Positions 30,519-40,420 of a stretch of 64,000 bases of DNA are shown here, piece after piece (positions within the stretch are counted from its first letter, which is position 1; the number at the start of each line of letters is the position of its first letter). The position numbers and the translations under genes are program-made. Location of the stretch: contig CAKPNA010000001.1 of assembly GCA_934168275.1 (NCBI GenBank), forward strand, positions 132,009 to 196,008. Reading direction: 5' to 3'. The notes under the pieces were generated by a model. That model worked only from the letters and a program-made list of their open reading frames with translations. It was not told the DNA's origin and ran no database searches. The stretch comes from an uncultured Bacilli bacterium. GTDB taxonomy: Bacteria > Bacillota_I > Bacilli_A > RF39 > UBA660.

Positions 30519-30731
30519 CTATCTACAACCACGTCTACTAGTCTTTATCATATTTTCATATTCACTACTTAATTCTTGAATTAAAATACCTAGTTCTACT
30601 TTTCTTTTATCATTAGGATTACTTATTTTATTATATTCTTGAGTAAGTCTTCCTAAACGACTTTCTATACTTTCTAATCCTGCAGAAACATTATCTAATT
30701 CATCAAATGATAATTCATCTCTATCCATCAT
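30519..30731 (-). CDS. hypothetical small coiled-coil protein (70 aa)
   Basis: ORF with a Shine-Dalgarno-like context. Confidence 0.35.
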   Translation of the reverse strand: MMDRDELSFDELDNVSAGLESIESRLGRLTQEYNKISNPNDKRKVELGILIQELSSEYENMIKTSRRGCR

Positions 30732-30799
30732 AACACTCTCCTTACCATAACTATAGCATTAATAAATATCTAAGTCAATTTATATACACAATGTTTACA

Positions 30800-31747
30800 C
30801 TATTTAAATTCTTCTATTCCCCATTTTAATGGATATCTATACTCTATTTTTTCTTTCTTTGGTTCATAATGTTTTTTTATTTTAGTTCTATTTGATTTTA
30901 AATCAGGTATTGCCTGTCGACAATATTTATCCAATTCACAAAATATATTCTGACAATCTATAAGTTGTAACGGCCTATTACCAATTCGTTTAAAATCTAA
31001 ATTAAGCCTTTTAAATTCTTCATCTTGATGATTATACATATATCTTATAATATCTTCATTACTCATTTTGTCCTTATCAATAAAGCATTTCTTAATTCCA
31101 CGAAGTGAACCAGGACCCGCAACTGTGAATTCATCTTCTTTCCAATCTACTACTTCACTATAATTAATATCTGTCACCAATTGATAAGCCATAAAATTCC
31201 CTATTAAAGGATATTTTTTAATTATATTAAATGCTTCTTCCATGCTTTTACATTTAATTATTTTGTCCTGCATTCTGTCTTCATTAAACATCTTATTAAG
31301 CAAAGCTAAATGATTATCATGCTTTCTATCATAACCAAACACTTTATTAGCGCAACTAATATATGCATCATTATATATTTTAATACCTTTTGATATAGCA
31401 CTTTCCAATACCTTAGAATAATCTTTCATATTAAACGTTTTTAATGTAATATCCGAAAAATTTGCTAACAATAACTCCCAAGTTGATTCTTTATTAAATA
31501 ATTTAAATAATAATATTCTAAATAATATATCTTCATCAGAATATTTTCTTCCATTATATATAACATTTCTAAGTAAATATTGACTAACTCTATCATTAAC
31601 TCTATAACTATTACAAAACTTATATTTCTGTAATATTTTATCATTAGTCCATGGAGCAGGTTCTTCATTTAACTTTTTCCAAAAAATATTTTGCCTTTCA
31701 CAAGCAAAATACCAATATAAATCATATACGTTTTGTCTTTTCTTCAT
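30800..31747 (-). CDS. hypothetical protein; possibly related to phage/bacterial 'DNA base hypermodification' (aGPT-Pplase-like) proteins
   Basis: The N-terminus MKKRQNVYDLYWYFACERQNIFWKK..PAPWTNDKILQKYKFCNSYRVNDRVSQYL resembles from memory the conserved N-terminus of that family. Unverified. Confidence 0.35.
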   Translation of the reverse strand: MKKRQNVYDLYWYFACERQNIFWKKLNEEPAPWTNDKILQKYKFCNSYRVNDRVSQYLLRNVIYNGRKYSDEDILFRILLFKLFNKESTWELLLANFSDITLKTFNMKDYSKVLESAISKGIKIYNDAYISCANKVFGYDRKHDNHLALLNKMFNEDRMQDKIIKCKSMEEAFNIIKKYPLIGNFMAYQLVTDINYSEVVDWKEDEFTVAGPGSLRGIKKCFIDKDKMSNEDIIRYMYNHQDEEFKRLNLDFKRIGNRPLQLIDCQNIFCELDKYCRQAIPDLKSNRTKIKKHYEPKKEKIEYRYPLKWGIEEFK

Positions 31748-31753
31748 ACATTT

Positions 31754-32248
31754 TTACTGAACCAATTTCCTTCCTCTATTATAAGTATCATCACTACAAT
31801 TAACTTTAACATACTCAATAGATTCATCAACATAACTTGCCGGTATAACATCTAATCCATAATAATATGCTAACTCATTGCAAAAATAATTTTCATATAT
31901 TATTTCTTCCGATATAGTAAAATATTCAGCCATCTTATTATCATTATCCATGATTATTGTAGATACATCTTCAATATCATTACATATCTCTAAACGATTC
32001 TTAGGTATTTTAACACCACTTGGCCAAATAATTAAATAATCTCCATCTTCCTGTATATTAAATACTCTATTAGTTATATAATCTATATATTTATCATCTT
32101 TAATTCTTTGCATATATAAATAATAGTCATCACGAATACTACCTTTAGTATATGCTTGTTCTTTATTATCACTAAAATATCTAACCCAAAAATAAATACC
32201 TTGAATATTTAACTGATAATTATCACTTTTCTTTTTCACCATTAACAC
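31754..32248 (-). CDS. hypothetical protein (164 aa)
   Basis: Lies 6 nt downstream of the preceding gene, suggesting an operon. Confidence 0.45.
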   Translation of the reverse strand: MLMVKKKSDNYQLNIQGIYFWVRYFSDNKEQAYTKGSIRDDYYLYMQRIKDDKYIDYITNRVFNIQEDGDYLIIWPSGVKIPKNRLEICNDIEDVSTIIMDNDNKMAEYFTISEEIIYENYFCNELAYYYGLDVIPASYVDESIEYVKVNCSDDTYNRGRKLVQ

Positions 32249-32309
32249 CGCCCTTACAACCTTTAGTATAACATATATAAATTAAAAGAACAAATTAAAT
32301 TGTTCCTTA

Positions 32310-33077
32310 TTACTTAAATAACAATGTTATATCACCATACATAACTACTCTACATATTCCAATAATAACTAAATGTGCTGGATAATATAAATAGAAGAAC
32401 CATTTCATCCACTTACTCTTTCCTTTAGTACCATCATATAACTTTAATATTGGATAAACTAATATTGAAAATAGCACTAATATTCCATATACTTTATTTA
32501 CAAATATAAAAGATATAATAGCATATAATCCTAACCATATCATCATAGAAGAACACTGTTTCTTTAAATTACCTCGATCTTTATACATACTTATTATAGA
32601 CATAACTGCAATAGAACTAAAGTCTGCGCAAAAAGTAATTAAACATATAAATACTACTAATAATGTTTTCTGCCACTCTTTTAATTTATTCTCTCCATAT
32701 ACAATATAAAGTGCTACTACTGCCCATGCTAAAGACCACATAATACTAGTTTGATTAAATATATTACCATCTATAAAAGGTATTATATTAATACCAAAAG
32801 CATAACAATAAGCAAAGTGTGATATTATTGAAAAGATAAATAATCTAGTTATATACTTCTTAAGACTCTTAGTATAATAAAAGCCTTCACATATAAAGAA
32901 AAACATAATTGGTGCTGTTAATCTACCTATAATATGCATTATATTAGATACCATATTATTAGGCATTCCCGGATATAATAAATCTGCTATATGATCTATT
33001 GTCATTGCTATTATTGCTATTAACTTCAAATGGTTAGCGTTCATCTTCTTCATAACTACCTCGATAAATTCTTCCAA
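32310..33077 (-). CDS. TraX family membrane protein
   Basis: N-terminus ..NANHLKLIAIIAMTIDHIADLLYPG with six or more TM helices, the TraX family pattern. Confidence 0.55.
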   Translation of the reverse strand: MEEFIEVVMKKMNANHLKLIAIIAMTIDHIADLLYPGMPNNMVSNIMHIIGRLTAPIMFFFICEGFYYTKSLKKYITRLFIFSIISHFAYCYAFGINIIPFIDGNIFNQTSIMWSLAWAVVALYIVYGENKLKEWQKTLLVVFICLITFCADFSSIAVMSIISMYKDRGNLKKQCSSMMIWLGLYAIISFIFVNKVYGILVLFSILVYPILKLYDGTKGKSKWMKWFFYLYYPAHLVIIGICRVVMYGDITLLFK

Positions 33078-33670
33078 AGAAACTCCACAACATCACTCTC
33101 ATCTTCTTTAACAGTATCATAATCTTCTTTAGTCATATCTGTAAAATACTTATTTAATTTCTTATTTATTGATATTGTATTTAAAGGATACCCCGGATCA
33201 ATTTTATCAGAAAGTTTATCTACTATATAAAAATCATCTTTATTCCATGTATAAGTAGACTCCACTCCATTATTAATAACCGCAATTCCATATACCCATC
33301 TACAAGTTAATTTACCATCTACACCATATTCATGCGCTAAATTAGAATAATAAGTAAGCATTTCTTCATCAGATAATCTCTTACCATTAACTCTTCTAAC
33401 ATATAGCCCTGGTTGCTTGTCACCAGGTATATTATCTATATATAAACTATCATCCATAGCAAACACCGGTATATCTAACACTTTAGCATACGCCCTAGCT
33501 TTTATTAAAGCATTCTCTATTGCATCCTTACCATCCTCTGAAACTTCGATATCCTCATCAATATCCTTAATAGTTATTATTTCAATACCATTTCTTAATA
33601 AACCATCTTTAAATCTTTTAGCTTTACTCTCATTTCCTGTTGCAAATAATACTTTCTTCATTACTTCCAC
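33056..33670 (-). CDS. non-canonical purine NTP pyrophosphatase (Ham1/RdgB family)-like protein
   Basis: ..KVLFATGNESKAKRF.. and ..DDSLYIDNIPGDKQPGLYVRR.. resemble the Ham1 fold motifs. Overlaps the TraX gene by 22 nt. Confidence 0.55.
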   Translation of the reverse strand: MEVMKKVLFATGNESKAKRFKDGLLRNGIEIITIKDIDEDIEVSEDGKDAIENALIKARAYAKVLDIPVFAMDDSLYIDNIPGDKQPGLYVRRVNGKRLSDEEMLTYYSNLAHEYGVDGKLTCRWVYGIAVINNGVESTYTWNKDDFYIVDKLSDKIDPGYPLNTISINKKLNKYFTDMTKEDYDTVKEDESDVVEFLWKNLSR

Positions 33671-34260
33671 CTATACAAACCTTTCTTTTATAATATCATC
33701 TTTTTCTAACTTACCAATAAGTAGTGATGAATTAGGATCATGTTCCATAAAATTCTTATTAACTAACTTTTCATCATAATTAGCATAACAATACTTACAG
33801 AAATGCTTACAAGAATTATATACTCCAATATCAACCATTTGTACACAATGACATTTCTTCTCTTTTCTAGCACCCCATTCTTTCTTATATACTTTACCTG
33901 TTAATTTATAAGCTAGTTCATGTGATAAACATTCACCCTTCTCAAAACCATATTCTACTAAATTTCTATCTTCAAAACAAGTATGCACTATAATATTATG
34001 TTCATGAGCACTCTTACTAAACGATTTACCAATTACCATATAATCATTCTCTGTAAATTCTCGGTGATTAATTATTCTAACGCTCTTTCTAACATTCTTA
34101 TAATTATCTATAAATGAAATTAATATCTTACTAACATAACCATCTAATAAACTACATACTCTAAAATATATTCTACTAACTAACTTAGGATTAAATGAAT
34201 TTCTTACATCAACATAACTTTCTTTATATCAATTCATAAACCATTATGTATAAAAAGCTA
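33671..34260 (-). pseudogene. DUF1848 family remnant (N-terminal truncation plus internal deletion)
   Basis: C-terminal ..CHCVQMVDIGVYNSCKHFCKYCYANYDEKLVNKNFMEHDPNSSLL matches the conserved DUF1848 C-terminus (DIGAYNTC.HGC.YCYAN). The same frame is open 63 codons further upstream (to the TGA at 34231..34229) with no start codon, encoding ..YVDVRNSFNPKLVSRI.. which resembles the DUF1848 N-terminal region. About 120 central residues are missing. Confidence 0.5.
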
Positions 34261-34360
34261 CTATATCTGTTCTACCACTAACATTTAATATCATCTATCT
34301 CACTACCTAACACTAAAATTATATCACAAATAAAAAGTAAATACACAAATAACTATGTAT

Positions 34361-36355
34361 TTACATTCTCTCTTTAATAATATTCTTACTGCAAATATAA
34401 GTAAATATAAAATATATTGAATATATAATAATTAAAAATATAAATGTTGTAACCGAACCTTTTAATATATTATCTATACCTAAGCTACCTAAAACATAAG
34501 TACAAAATCTAAGTCCAAATATTGTATGAACTATTGCTAAAGATAAAGGCATAACAAAGAATATTAACATTTGTTTAAATAAAGATTTATTTATATCTAC
34601 CTCATCAGCCCCTATTTGTCTTAATACTTGATACTTATTCTTATCATCTAAAGAGTCCGATAATTCTTTTAAAGCAAGAATAGCCGAAGATGAAATAAGA
34701 AAGATAATACCTAAATATAAACCAATAAATGTAACAATCGCCGATAACCCTGTTGAAGCCTCTTTTATATCATTCTTTGTATCTATTGTAATAGTATTAC
34801 TTCTATTATATTCACTAAACTTATCCTCGATTAATTTAACTATATCTTCATCTTTTGTTCGATAATTACCAACTAGCATTTTTATACTAGCATCTTCTTT
34901 GTTAATAACTTTATCAGGTACTACAAAGAACCCTAAATTAGATGGATTACCACCAATTCTAACAAATCCTTCAATACACCTCTTACTAGCGGGTTTTAAG
35001 TCATAACCAAATATATTAATTATACTATCTCTAACTAACACTTCATCATATAATTCTTTATCATAATTAGATACAATAATATATTCATCATCTTTTAAAG
35101 ATACTTTATCTAAATTATATAATTTAGCTAACTTATTATAATCACTTTCTCCAACTATCTCTACTAAAAAATCATATCTTAAATATGGATACTTATCTTT
35201 AATTATTGGATAGTAATTACCAAGTGATTCTCTATATAATAAATTATTATCATAATATTCATTAATAATAACCATATCTTTAACATTATCTTTTATTAAC
35301 TTCTCACTATTTATAGAATTAATTACTTCTTCTTTATCAACATTTGTACTTATTACCCCCTGAAAATCAACTGGTGCATACTTATTAATAGAATTATTAA
35401 AATAGTTCTTTATAGTAAAAGCACTAGATAATAAACATAGAGTAATAAACAACATAATACATATAACTGATATTGATATAACCATTGAATTAATCTTACT
35501 ACTTATTTGTTTAAAAACAAAAGTATTTAATTTTTTATAATATATATTATGCCATTTAGATAATATCTTTAATAACATTCCTGATATTGAATAAAAGAAT
35601 AATATCGTACCAACTACCCCAAGAGATATTGAAAGTAATAATATATTCAAACCATAGTCAAGTAATTTAAATAATCCATCTGTAACCATATAATATGCTG
35701 ATCCTAACATACCTATTGATAATATAAATAATACTATACAAACATAAGGATTCTTTAATTTAATCTTTTCTTGTTTCTTACTAGCTTGTAATAGATTTAT
35801 AAGTTTATTTTTATTTATAATAATTGTATTAAAAATCATTACTACTAAATATATAATACCATAATAAATTATTGTCTTTATCATTGCACTCTTCGAAAAG
35901 TTAAACGAAAATTTAGTCATATTAACTTCAAACATATTAGCTACAAATATACTTGTAATTTGTGATAAAGCTATTCCTAATAATAAACCAATTCCTAAAG
36001 AAATAAGTCCAATTAAGAAAGTCTCAATTAACAGTAGTAATGATATTTTTCTCTTAGACATTCCTAATGTCATATATATACCAAACTCTTTATTACGTTT
36101 CTTTATCAAAAATCTTGATGCATATATAATTAAGAATCCTAATATAACTGATACAAATACTGACACATATGATAATGATGATACTAAAAGTTCAATTATC
36201 TCTTCTTGACTACTAGATAGTTCTAGCATAACCGTTTGACTATCCATCGAATTAAAGACATAAAATATACAAACACCCATTATTAAAGTAATAAAGTATA
36301 TAGCATAATCTTTAAAACTTTTCTTTATATTAGATACTGATAATTTATAAAGCAT
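34361..36355 (-). CDS. BceB-type ABC transporter permease (FtsX-like, 10 TM with large extracellular loop)
   Basis: 664 aa with 4 TM, a roughly 220 aa loop, and further TM helices. Overlaps the ATPase gene by 11 nt. Confidence 0.8.
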   Translation of the reverse strand: MLYKLSVSNIKKSFKDYAIYFITLIMGVCIFYVFNSMDSQTVMLELSSSQEEIIELLVSSLSYVSVFVSVILGFLIIYASRFLIKKRNKEFGIYMTLGMSKRKISLLLLIETFLIGLISLGIGLLLGIALSQITSIFVANMFEVNMTKFSFNFSKSAMIKTIIYYGIIYLVVMIFNTIIINKNKLINLLQASKKQEKIKLKNPYVCIVLFILSIGMLGSAYYMVTDGLFKLLDYGLNILLLSISLGVVGTILFFYSISGMLLKILSKWHNIYYKKLNTFVFKQISSKINSMVISISVICIMLFITLCLLSSAFTIKNYFNNSINKYAPVDFQGVISTNVDKEEVINSINSEKLIKDNVKDMVIINEYYDNNLLYRESLGNYYPIIKDKYPYLRYDFLVEIVGESDYNKLAKLYNLDKVSLKDDEYIIVSNYDKELYDEVLVRDSIINIFGYDLKPASKRCIEGFVRIGGNPSNLGFFVVPDKVINKEDASIKMLVGNYRTKDEDIVKLIEDKFSEYNRSNTITIDTKNDIKEASTGLSAIVTFIGLYLGIIFLISSSAILALKELSDSLDDKNKYQVLRQIGADEVDINKSLFKQMLIFFVMPLSLAIVHTIFGLRFCTYVLGSLGIDNILKGSVTTFIFLIIIYSIYFIFTYICSKNIIKERM

Positions 36356-37112
36356 CGTTCATCTCACCCCCTAAAAGAGTGACTACATCAATTATATTAT
36401 CAAAAAATTCCTTTCTTGTTTTTTCACCTCTACTTAATTCATTAAATATCTTTCCATCTTTAATAAATACTACTCTACTAGCATAACTAGCCGTAAAAGC
36501 ATCATGTGTTACCATTAAAATAGTGGAATTTAATTTCTTGTTTAAAAATTCAATACTATCTAATAATTGTCTAGATGACTTAGAATCTAACGCTCCAGTT
36601 GGCTCGTCTGCTAAAATTAAACTAGGATTAGTTATGATTGCTCTTGCACTAGCAATTCTTTGCTTTTCACCACCACTCATTTGATATGGATATTTATCTA
36701 GTATTTTAGTAATACCTAACTTACCACTAATGTCTTCTATTTTCTCTTTTTGTTCTTTATAAGGAACATTTTGGATAGATAATGATAAAGATATGTTTTC
36801 ATATCCCGTAAGAGTATCTAATAAGTTAAAATCTTGAAATATAAAACCTAACTTATCTCTTCTAAACTTATTTAATTTATTACCTTTTAACTTTGTAATA
36901 TCCTCTCCATCAACAAAAATATGTCCGGCAGTTACTTTATCTATTGTCGATATCATATTTAATAAAGTCGTCTTTCCTGAACCACTAGCCCCCATAATTG
37001 CTACAAATTCTCCTCTTCCTACTTCCATAGAAATATCATTAATAGCCTTAGTTAAACTAGATTTACTTCCATAGTATTTTTCTACATTGCATAATCTTAA
37101 AATATTTTCCAT
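36345..37112 (-). CDS. BceA-type ABC transporter ATP-binding protein
   Basis: Walker A GASGSGKTT, signature MSGGEKQRIASARA, Walker [12 protein letters not shown]. Confidence 0.85.
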   Translation of the reverse strand: MENILRLCNVEKYYGSKSSLTKAINDISMEVGRGEFVAIMGASGSGKTTLLNMISTIDKVTAGHIFVDGEDITKLKGNKLNKFRRDKLGFIFQDFNLLDTLTGYENISLSLSIQNVPYKEQKEKIEDISGKLGITKILDKYPYQMSGGEKQRIASARAIITNPSLILADEPTGALDSKSSRQLLDSIEFLNKKLNSTILMVTHDAFTASYASRVVFIKDGKIFNELSRGEKTRKEFFDNIIDVVTLLGGEMNDAL

Positions 37113-37201
37113 AAACTTTTTCTCCTTTCATAACTAATTCTACTAAATCACTATCTATTTGTCGCCAATTTAATATTACATTACCTTACAATTTCGTAAT
37201 A

Positions 37202-38212
37202 TTAAAAATTATAATAATTATTCTTACCAAATTCAATAATTACTTTGGTATATTTATCTAGGTCACTCTCAATATAAATATTATGGCCTAACTTACTACA
37301 TAAGTTCTTAACAATATATAAACCCATACCCGTTGATTTTATCTTATCTCTACCATTCTTACCGGTAAACGATTTATCAAAAACTCTCTTAATATCCCCC
37401 TTAGATATTCCAATTCCGTTATCATATACTATCAGATTTACTTTATCTTCACTAACATTACTAGTAATTTTAATAAAACTATCTTTCTCTTTCTTATACT
37501 TAATACTATTACTAATAATTTGATTTAATATAAACTCCATCCATTTCTTATCAGTATATACACATTCATTATCTATATTAACTTCTAACTCAATCTTATT
37601 TTCTAATAAATCATCTTTATTCTTTAAACTAACACTTCTAACTATATCTTTTAAAGAAACTTCACTAATGATAAAGTCTTTCTCGGTTATTTCACTTCGC
37701 ATATAATAAAGTATTTGATCAATATCATTATCTAGTCTTCTAATAATACTTAATAATTCATTAGAATTAACTTCTTTATGATTATGACACTTCAAAACCA
37801 TACTAGCTATTGGTAACTTAACTTCATGTATCCACATCTCAATATAATCTTTAAATTCATTAATACTTCTTTTCTGAATATTAATATTCTCTATCATTGA
37901 CTTATTTATATCATATAAAATATTATTAACTATTTCTTCTTCATAAGTAGTAGGTTCTAAAACAGTTTCTAATACTAAATATTTCTTATCTAATTTATCT
38001 AGCATTCCTAATATATTATTATAATAACTTCTTTTCCTAAAATAATTAATTAGTATTATCATTATTCCATTTATTATTAATATTAAAAATATTACTATCA
38101 AAACACTCTTATCTAAATTAAATACTTTAAGAATTAAAGAAATAAGTACTACCATCAATAAATATATAACTATACTAATAACTTTATCTTTTATATAACT
38201 AACTAATTTCAT
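37202..38212 (-). CDS. BceS-type intramembrane-sensing histidine kinase
   Basis: Two N-terminal TM helices with a minimal loop, a HisKA region and HATPase (..VYDNGIGI..GMGLYIV..). Overlaps the response regulator gene by 4 nt. Confidence 0.8.
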   Translation of the reverse strand: MKLVSYIKDKVISIVIYLLMVVLISLILKVFNLDKSVLIVIFLILIINGIMIILINYFRKRSYYNNILGMLDKLDKKYLVLETVLEPTTYEEEIVNNILYDINKSMIENINIQKRSINEFKDYIEMWIHEVKLPIASMVLKCHNHKEVNSNELLSIIRRLDNDIDQILYYMRSEITEKDFIISEVSLKDIVRSVSLKNKDDLLENKIELEVNIDNECVYTDKKWMEFILNQIISNSIKYKKEKDSFIKITSNVSEDKVNLIVYDNGIGISKGDIKRVFDKSFTGKNGRDKIKSTGMGLYIVKNLCSKLGHNIYIESDLDKYTKVIIEFGKNNYYNF

Positions 38213-38871
38213 AATAATATATACCCTATTCCTTTTCTTGTCTCTATCATATCTTCTCTAGTTAATTCTTTTAACTTACTTCTTAATCTACTTATATTAA
38301 CTGTTAAAGCATTATCATTAATATATTCATCATTATTCCATAACGTTGTCATTAGTTCATCTCTCAATACTATTCTCTCTTTATTACTTAATAAATAACT
38401 AAAAATAATCATCTCATTCTTAGTAAGTACTATTTCTCGGTCATTGCTCTTAATTATTCCTTTATTAATATCCACTACTAAATCTTTATATTTAATTACA
38501 TCTAATCTATTTTCACATCTTCTAAATATATTAGATATTCTAAGTAATAGTATTACCGGATTATAAGGCTTAGTTATATAATCATCCGCTCCATAAGACA
38601 TTGATAATACTTCATCCGTTTCATTAGTCTTACTAGTTATCATAATAACCGGTATATTAGATTCTTTTCTAATCTCTTTTAACAATAATTCTCCATTAAG
38701 AAAAGGAATATTAATATCTAACAAAATAAGATCAATATTACTATCCATTATTCTTTCTTTAGCATTCTTAAAGTCTTCTAAAATAATTGCCTCATACGAA
38801 GCATTAACTAATAAATCATATAACTCACTTGCTACTGTTTTATCATCTTCTACTATCATTATTTTCTTCAT
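38209..38871 (-). CDS. OmpR-family response regulator (BceR-like)
   Basis: Receiver (MKKIMIVEDDK...DLILLDINIP) plus winged-helix C-terminus. Confidence 0.85.
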   Translation of the reverse strand: MKKIMIVEDDKTVASELYDLLVNASYEAIILEDFKNAKERIMDSNIDLILLDINIPFLNGELLLKEIRKESNIPVIMITSKTNETDEVLSMSYGADDYITKPYNPVILLLRISNIFRRCENRLDVIKYKDLVVDINKGIIKSNDREIVLTKNEMIIFSYLLSNKERIVLRDELMTTLWNNDEYINDNALTVNISRLRSKLKELTREDMIETRKGIGYILL

Positions 38872-38968
38872 AAAAGTCCCACTTTCTTATATATATTATA
38901 TCATCTAATATATATATTTTATCTTACAGTTTTGTAATATTTGAATATTTTATTATATCCCCCACGAA

Positions 38969-40375
38969 TTGACAATTTATTCACGAAATAACTCCTATTA
39001 TATATATTGTAAAGGAGAGAATATGAAAAAAATAATATTTATATTATTGGCTTTTCTACTAATTTATAGTCCAGTTAAAGCCGATGCAGTCGAAGAATTA
39101 ACTTATAAATGGCAAGCTATTCAACCGGAAACAACAAAAACTGATGATAGTATATTAGTTGATTGGGAATATCTAGGTAAACAAATTGACGAAAATAAAA
39201 AAAGTTATTACCTATTTACCTTAACATATACTATTCCTGAAGATTATGACAAAGAAACATTAGTAATCAACCCAGATATATTTGAGGTTATTGCATGGGG
39301 TCAAGATGAAAAACAAGCCCCTTATATCGTACCAGGTTATACCTTAAAAGTTAATGTTAAAATAATTAACAAATCTAAATATAACTATAACTATGATAAA
39401 GATTCTTTTGTAATATATCCATATAGTTCTAAAGAATTAGAAGAAATTGGTTATCAAAAAATAAGTGATATAAAAACATTTAATAATGAAAATATTACAG
39501 AATTACAAAAGTTTAGAAGAACTAGTAATCTTGCTTTAAAAGCTCTTACTACTAAAACAAAAGATATGAATAATGAAGTATTAGATACTCTACTAAAAGA
39601 AAAAGGTTATGATGGTATTAGTGATTTAGCAACTTACTATTTAGATTTCTTTAACGACTATTATAATTATGGTAAAGATGGTAAAGAGAAAATAACTAAA
39701 TTAACTGACTTTACTAAAGAAGAAATAGCTTATGGTATATTTGGTGGGAATGCGATAAACTACGAAGAAGATAATCCTGAATTAATTAAATTACACTATG
39801 ACTTTCTATTTAATTATGCTATGGGTATATCTCTAGCCGATGAAAATATAGATGACACTAATCAACATGAATATACTCCAGGAGAATATATGCGCAATAT
39901 CTCTAAAGGTGATGACAAAATTCAAGAACATATTGGAAATCTAAGTAATAATACTGAACAAGGTATTGACATGAACTTCCATTTCAATGGCCCACTTCTA
40001 ACTAATGCTTATCAAGGTTATCGTATCACAGGCCATGCACACCTATCATATACTGCTGAACAAGGCAAAGTAATTGCTAAATATATTGATACTGCCGGAA
40101 ATGTTTTAGCAGATGAAGTTATTACTACCGGTATGGTTAATAAAGAATATCAAACAACTGATAAGATAATTGATAACTATAATCTAGTTAAAATTGAAGG
40201 TGAAGAAATAGGAACATATACTAAAGAAGATATTATTGTTGTCTATATCTATAGTTTAGCCGATAAAAATATTCCTGATACAGGTGTTAAAACAAATAAT
40301 AATTTAGAAATAGCTGCCGCATCAAGTATAATTATTCTAATTGGTGCTTTATTCTTAAAAAAGAAATTTAATTAA
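38969..40375 (+). CDS. secreted surface protein with MucBP-like domain and C-terminal cell-wall-sorting-like signal (IPDTG variant)
   Basis: Signal peptide MKKIIFILLAFLLIYSPVKA. C-terminal ..NIPDTGVKTNNNLEIAAASSIIILIGALFLKKKFN, an LPXTG-like motif followed by a hydrophobic stretch and a basic tail. Preceded by a MucBP-like segment. Confidence 0.6.
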   Translation: MTIYSRNNSYYIYCKGENMKKIIFILLAFLLIYSPVKADAVEELTYKWQAIQPETTKTDDSILVDWEYLGKQIDENKKSYYLFTLTYTIPEDYDKETLVINPDIFEVIAWGQDEKQAPYIVPGYTLKVNVKIINKSKYNYNYDKDSFVIYPYSSKELEEIGYQKISDIKTFNNENITELQKFRRTSNLALKALTTKTKDMNNEVLDTLLKEKGYDGISDLATYYLDFFNDYYNYGKDGKEKITKLTDFTKEEIAYGIFGGNAINYEEDNPELIKLHYDFLFNYAMGISLADENIDDTNQHEYTPGEYMRNISKGDDKIQEHIGNLSNNTEQGIDMNFHFNGPLLTNAYQGYRITGHAHLSYTAEQGKVIAKYIDTAGNVLADEVITTGMVNKEYQTTDKIIDNYNLVKIEGEEIGTYTKEDIIVVYIYSLADKNIPDTGVKTNNNLEIAAASSIIILIGALFLKKKFN

Positions 40376-40384
40376 AAGAAAAAC

Positions 40385-40420
40385 TACACTTTAGTACTAA
40401 GTGTAATTTTTTTATTTATT
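40385..40420. terminator. bidirectional intrinsic terminator between convergent genes
   Basis: Palindrome acacttt-agtact-aagtgt flanked by T-runs on both strands. Confidence 0.5.
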
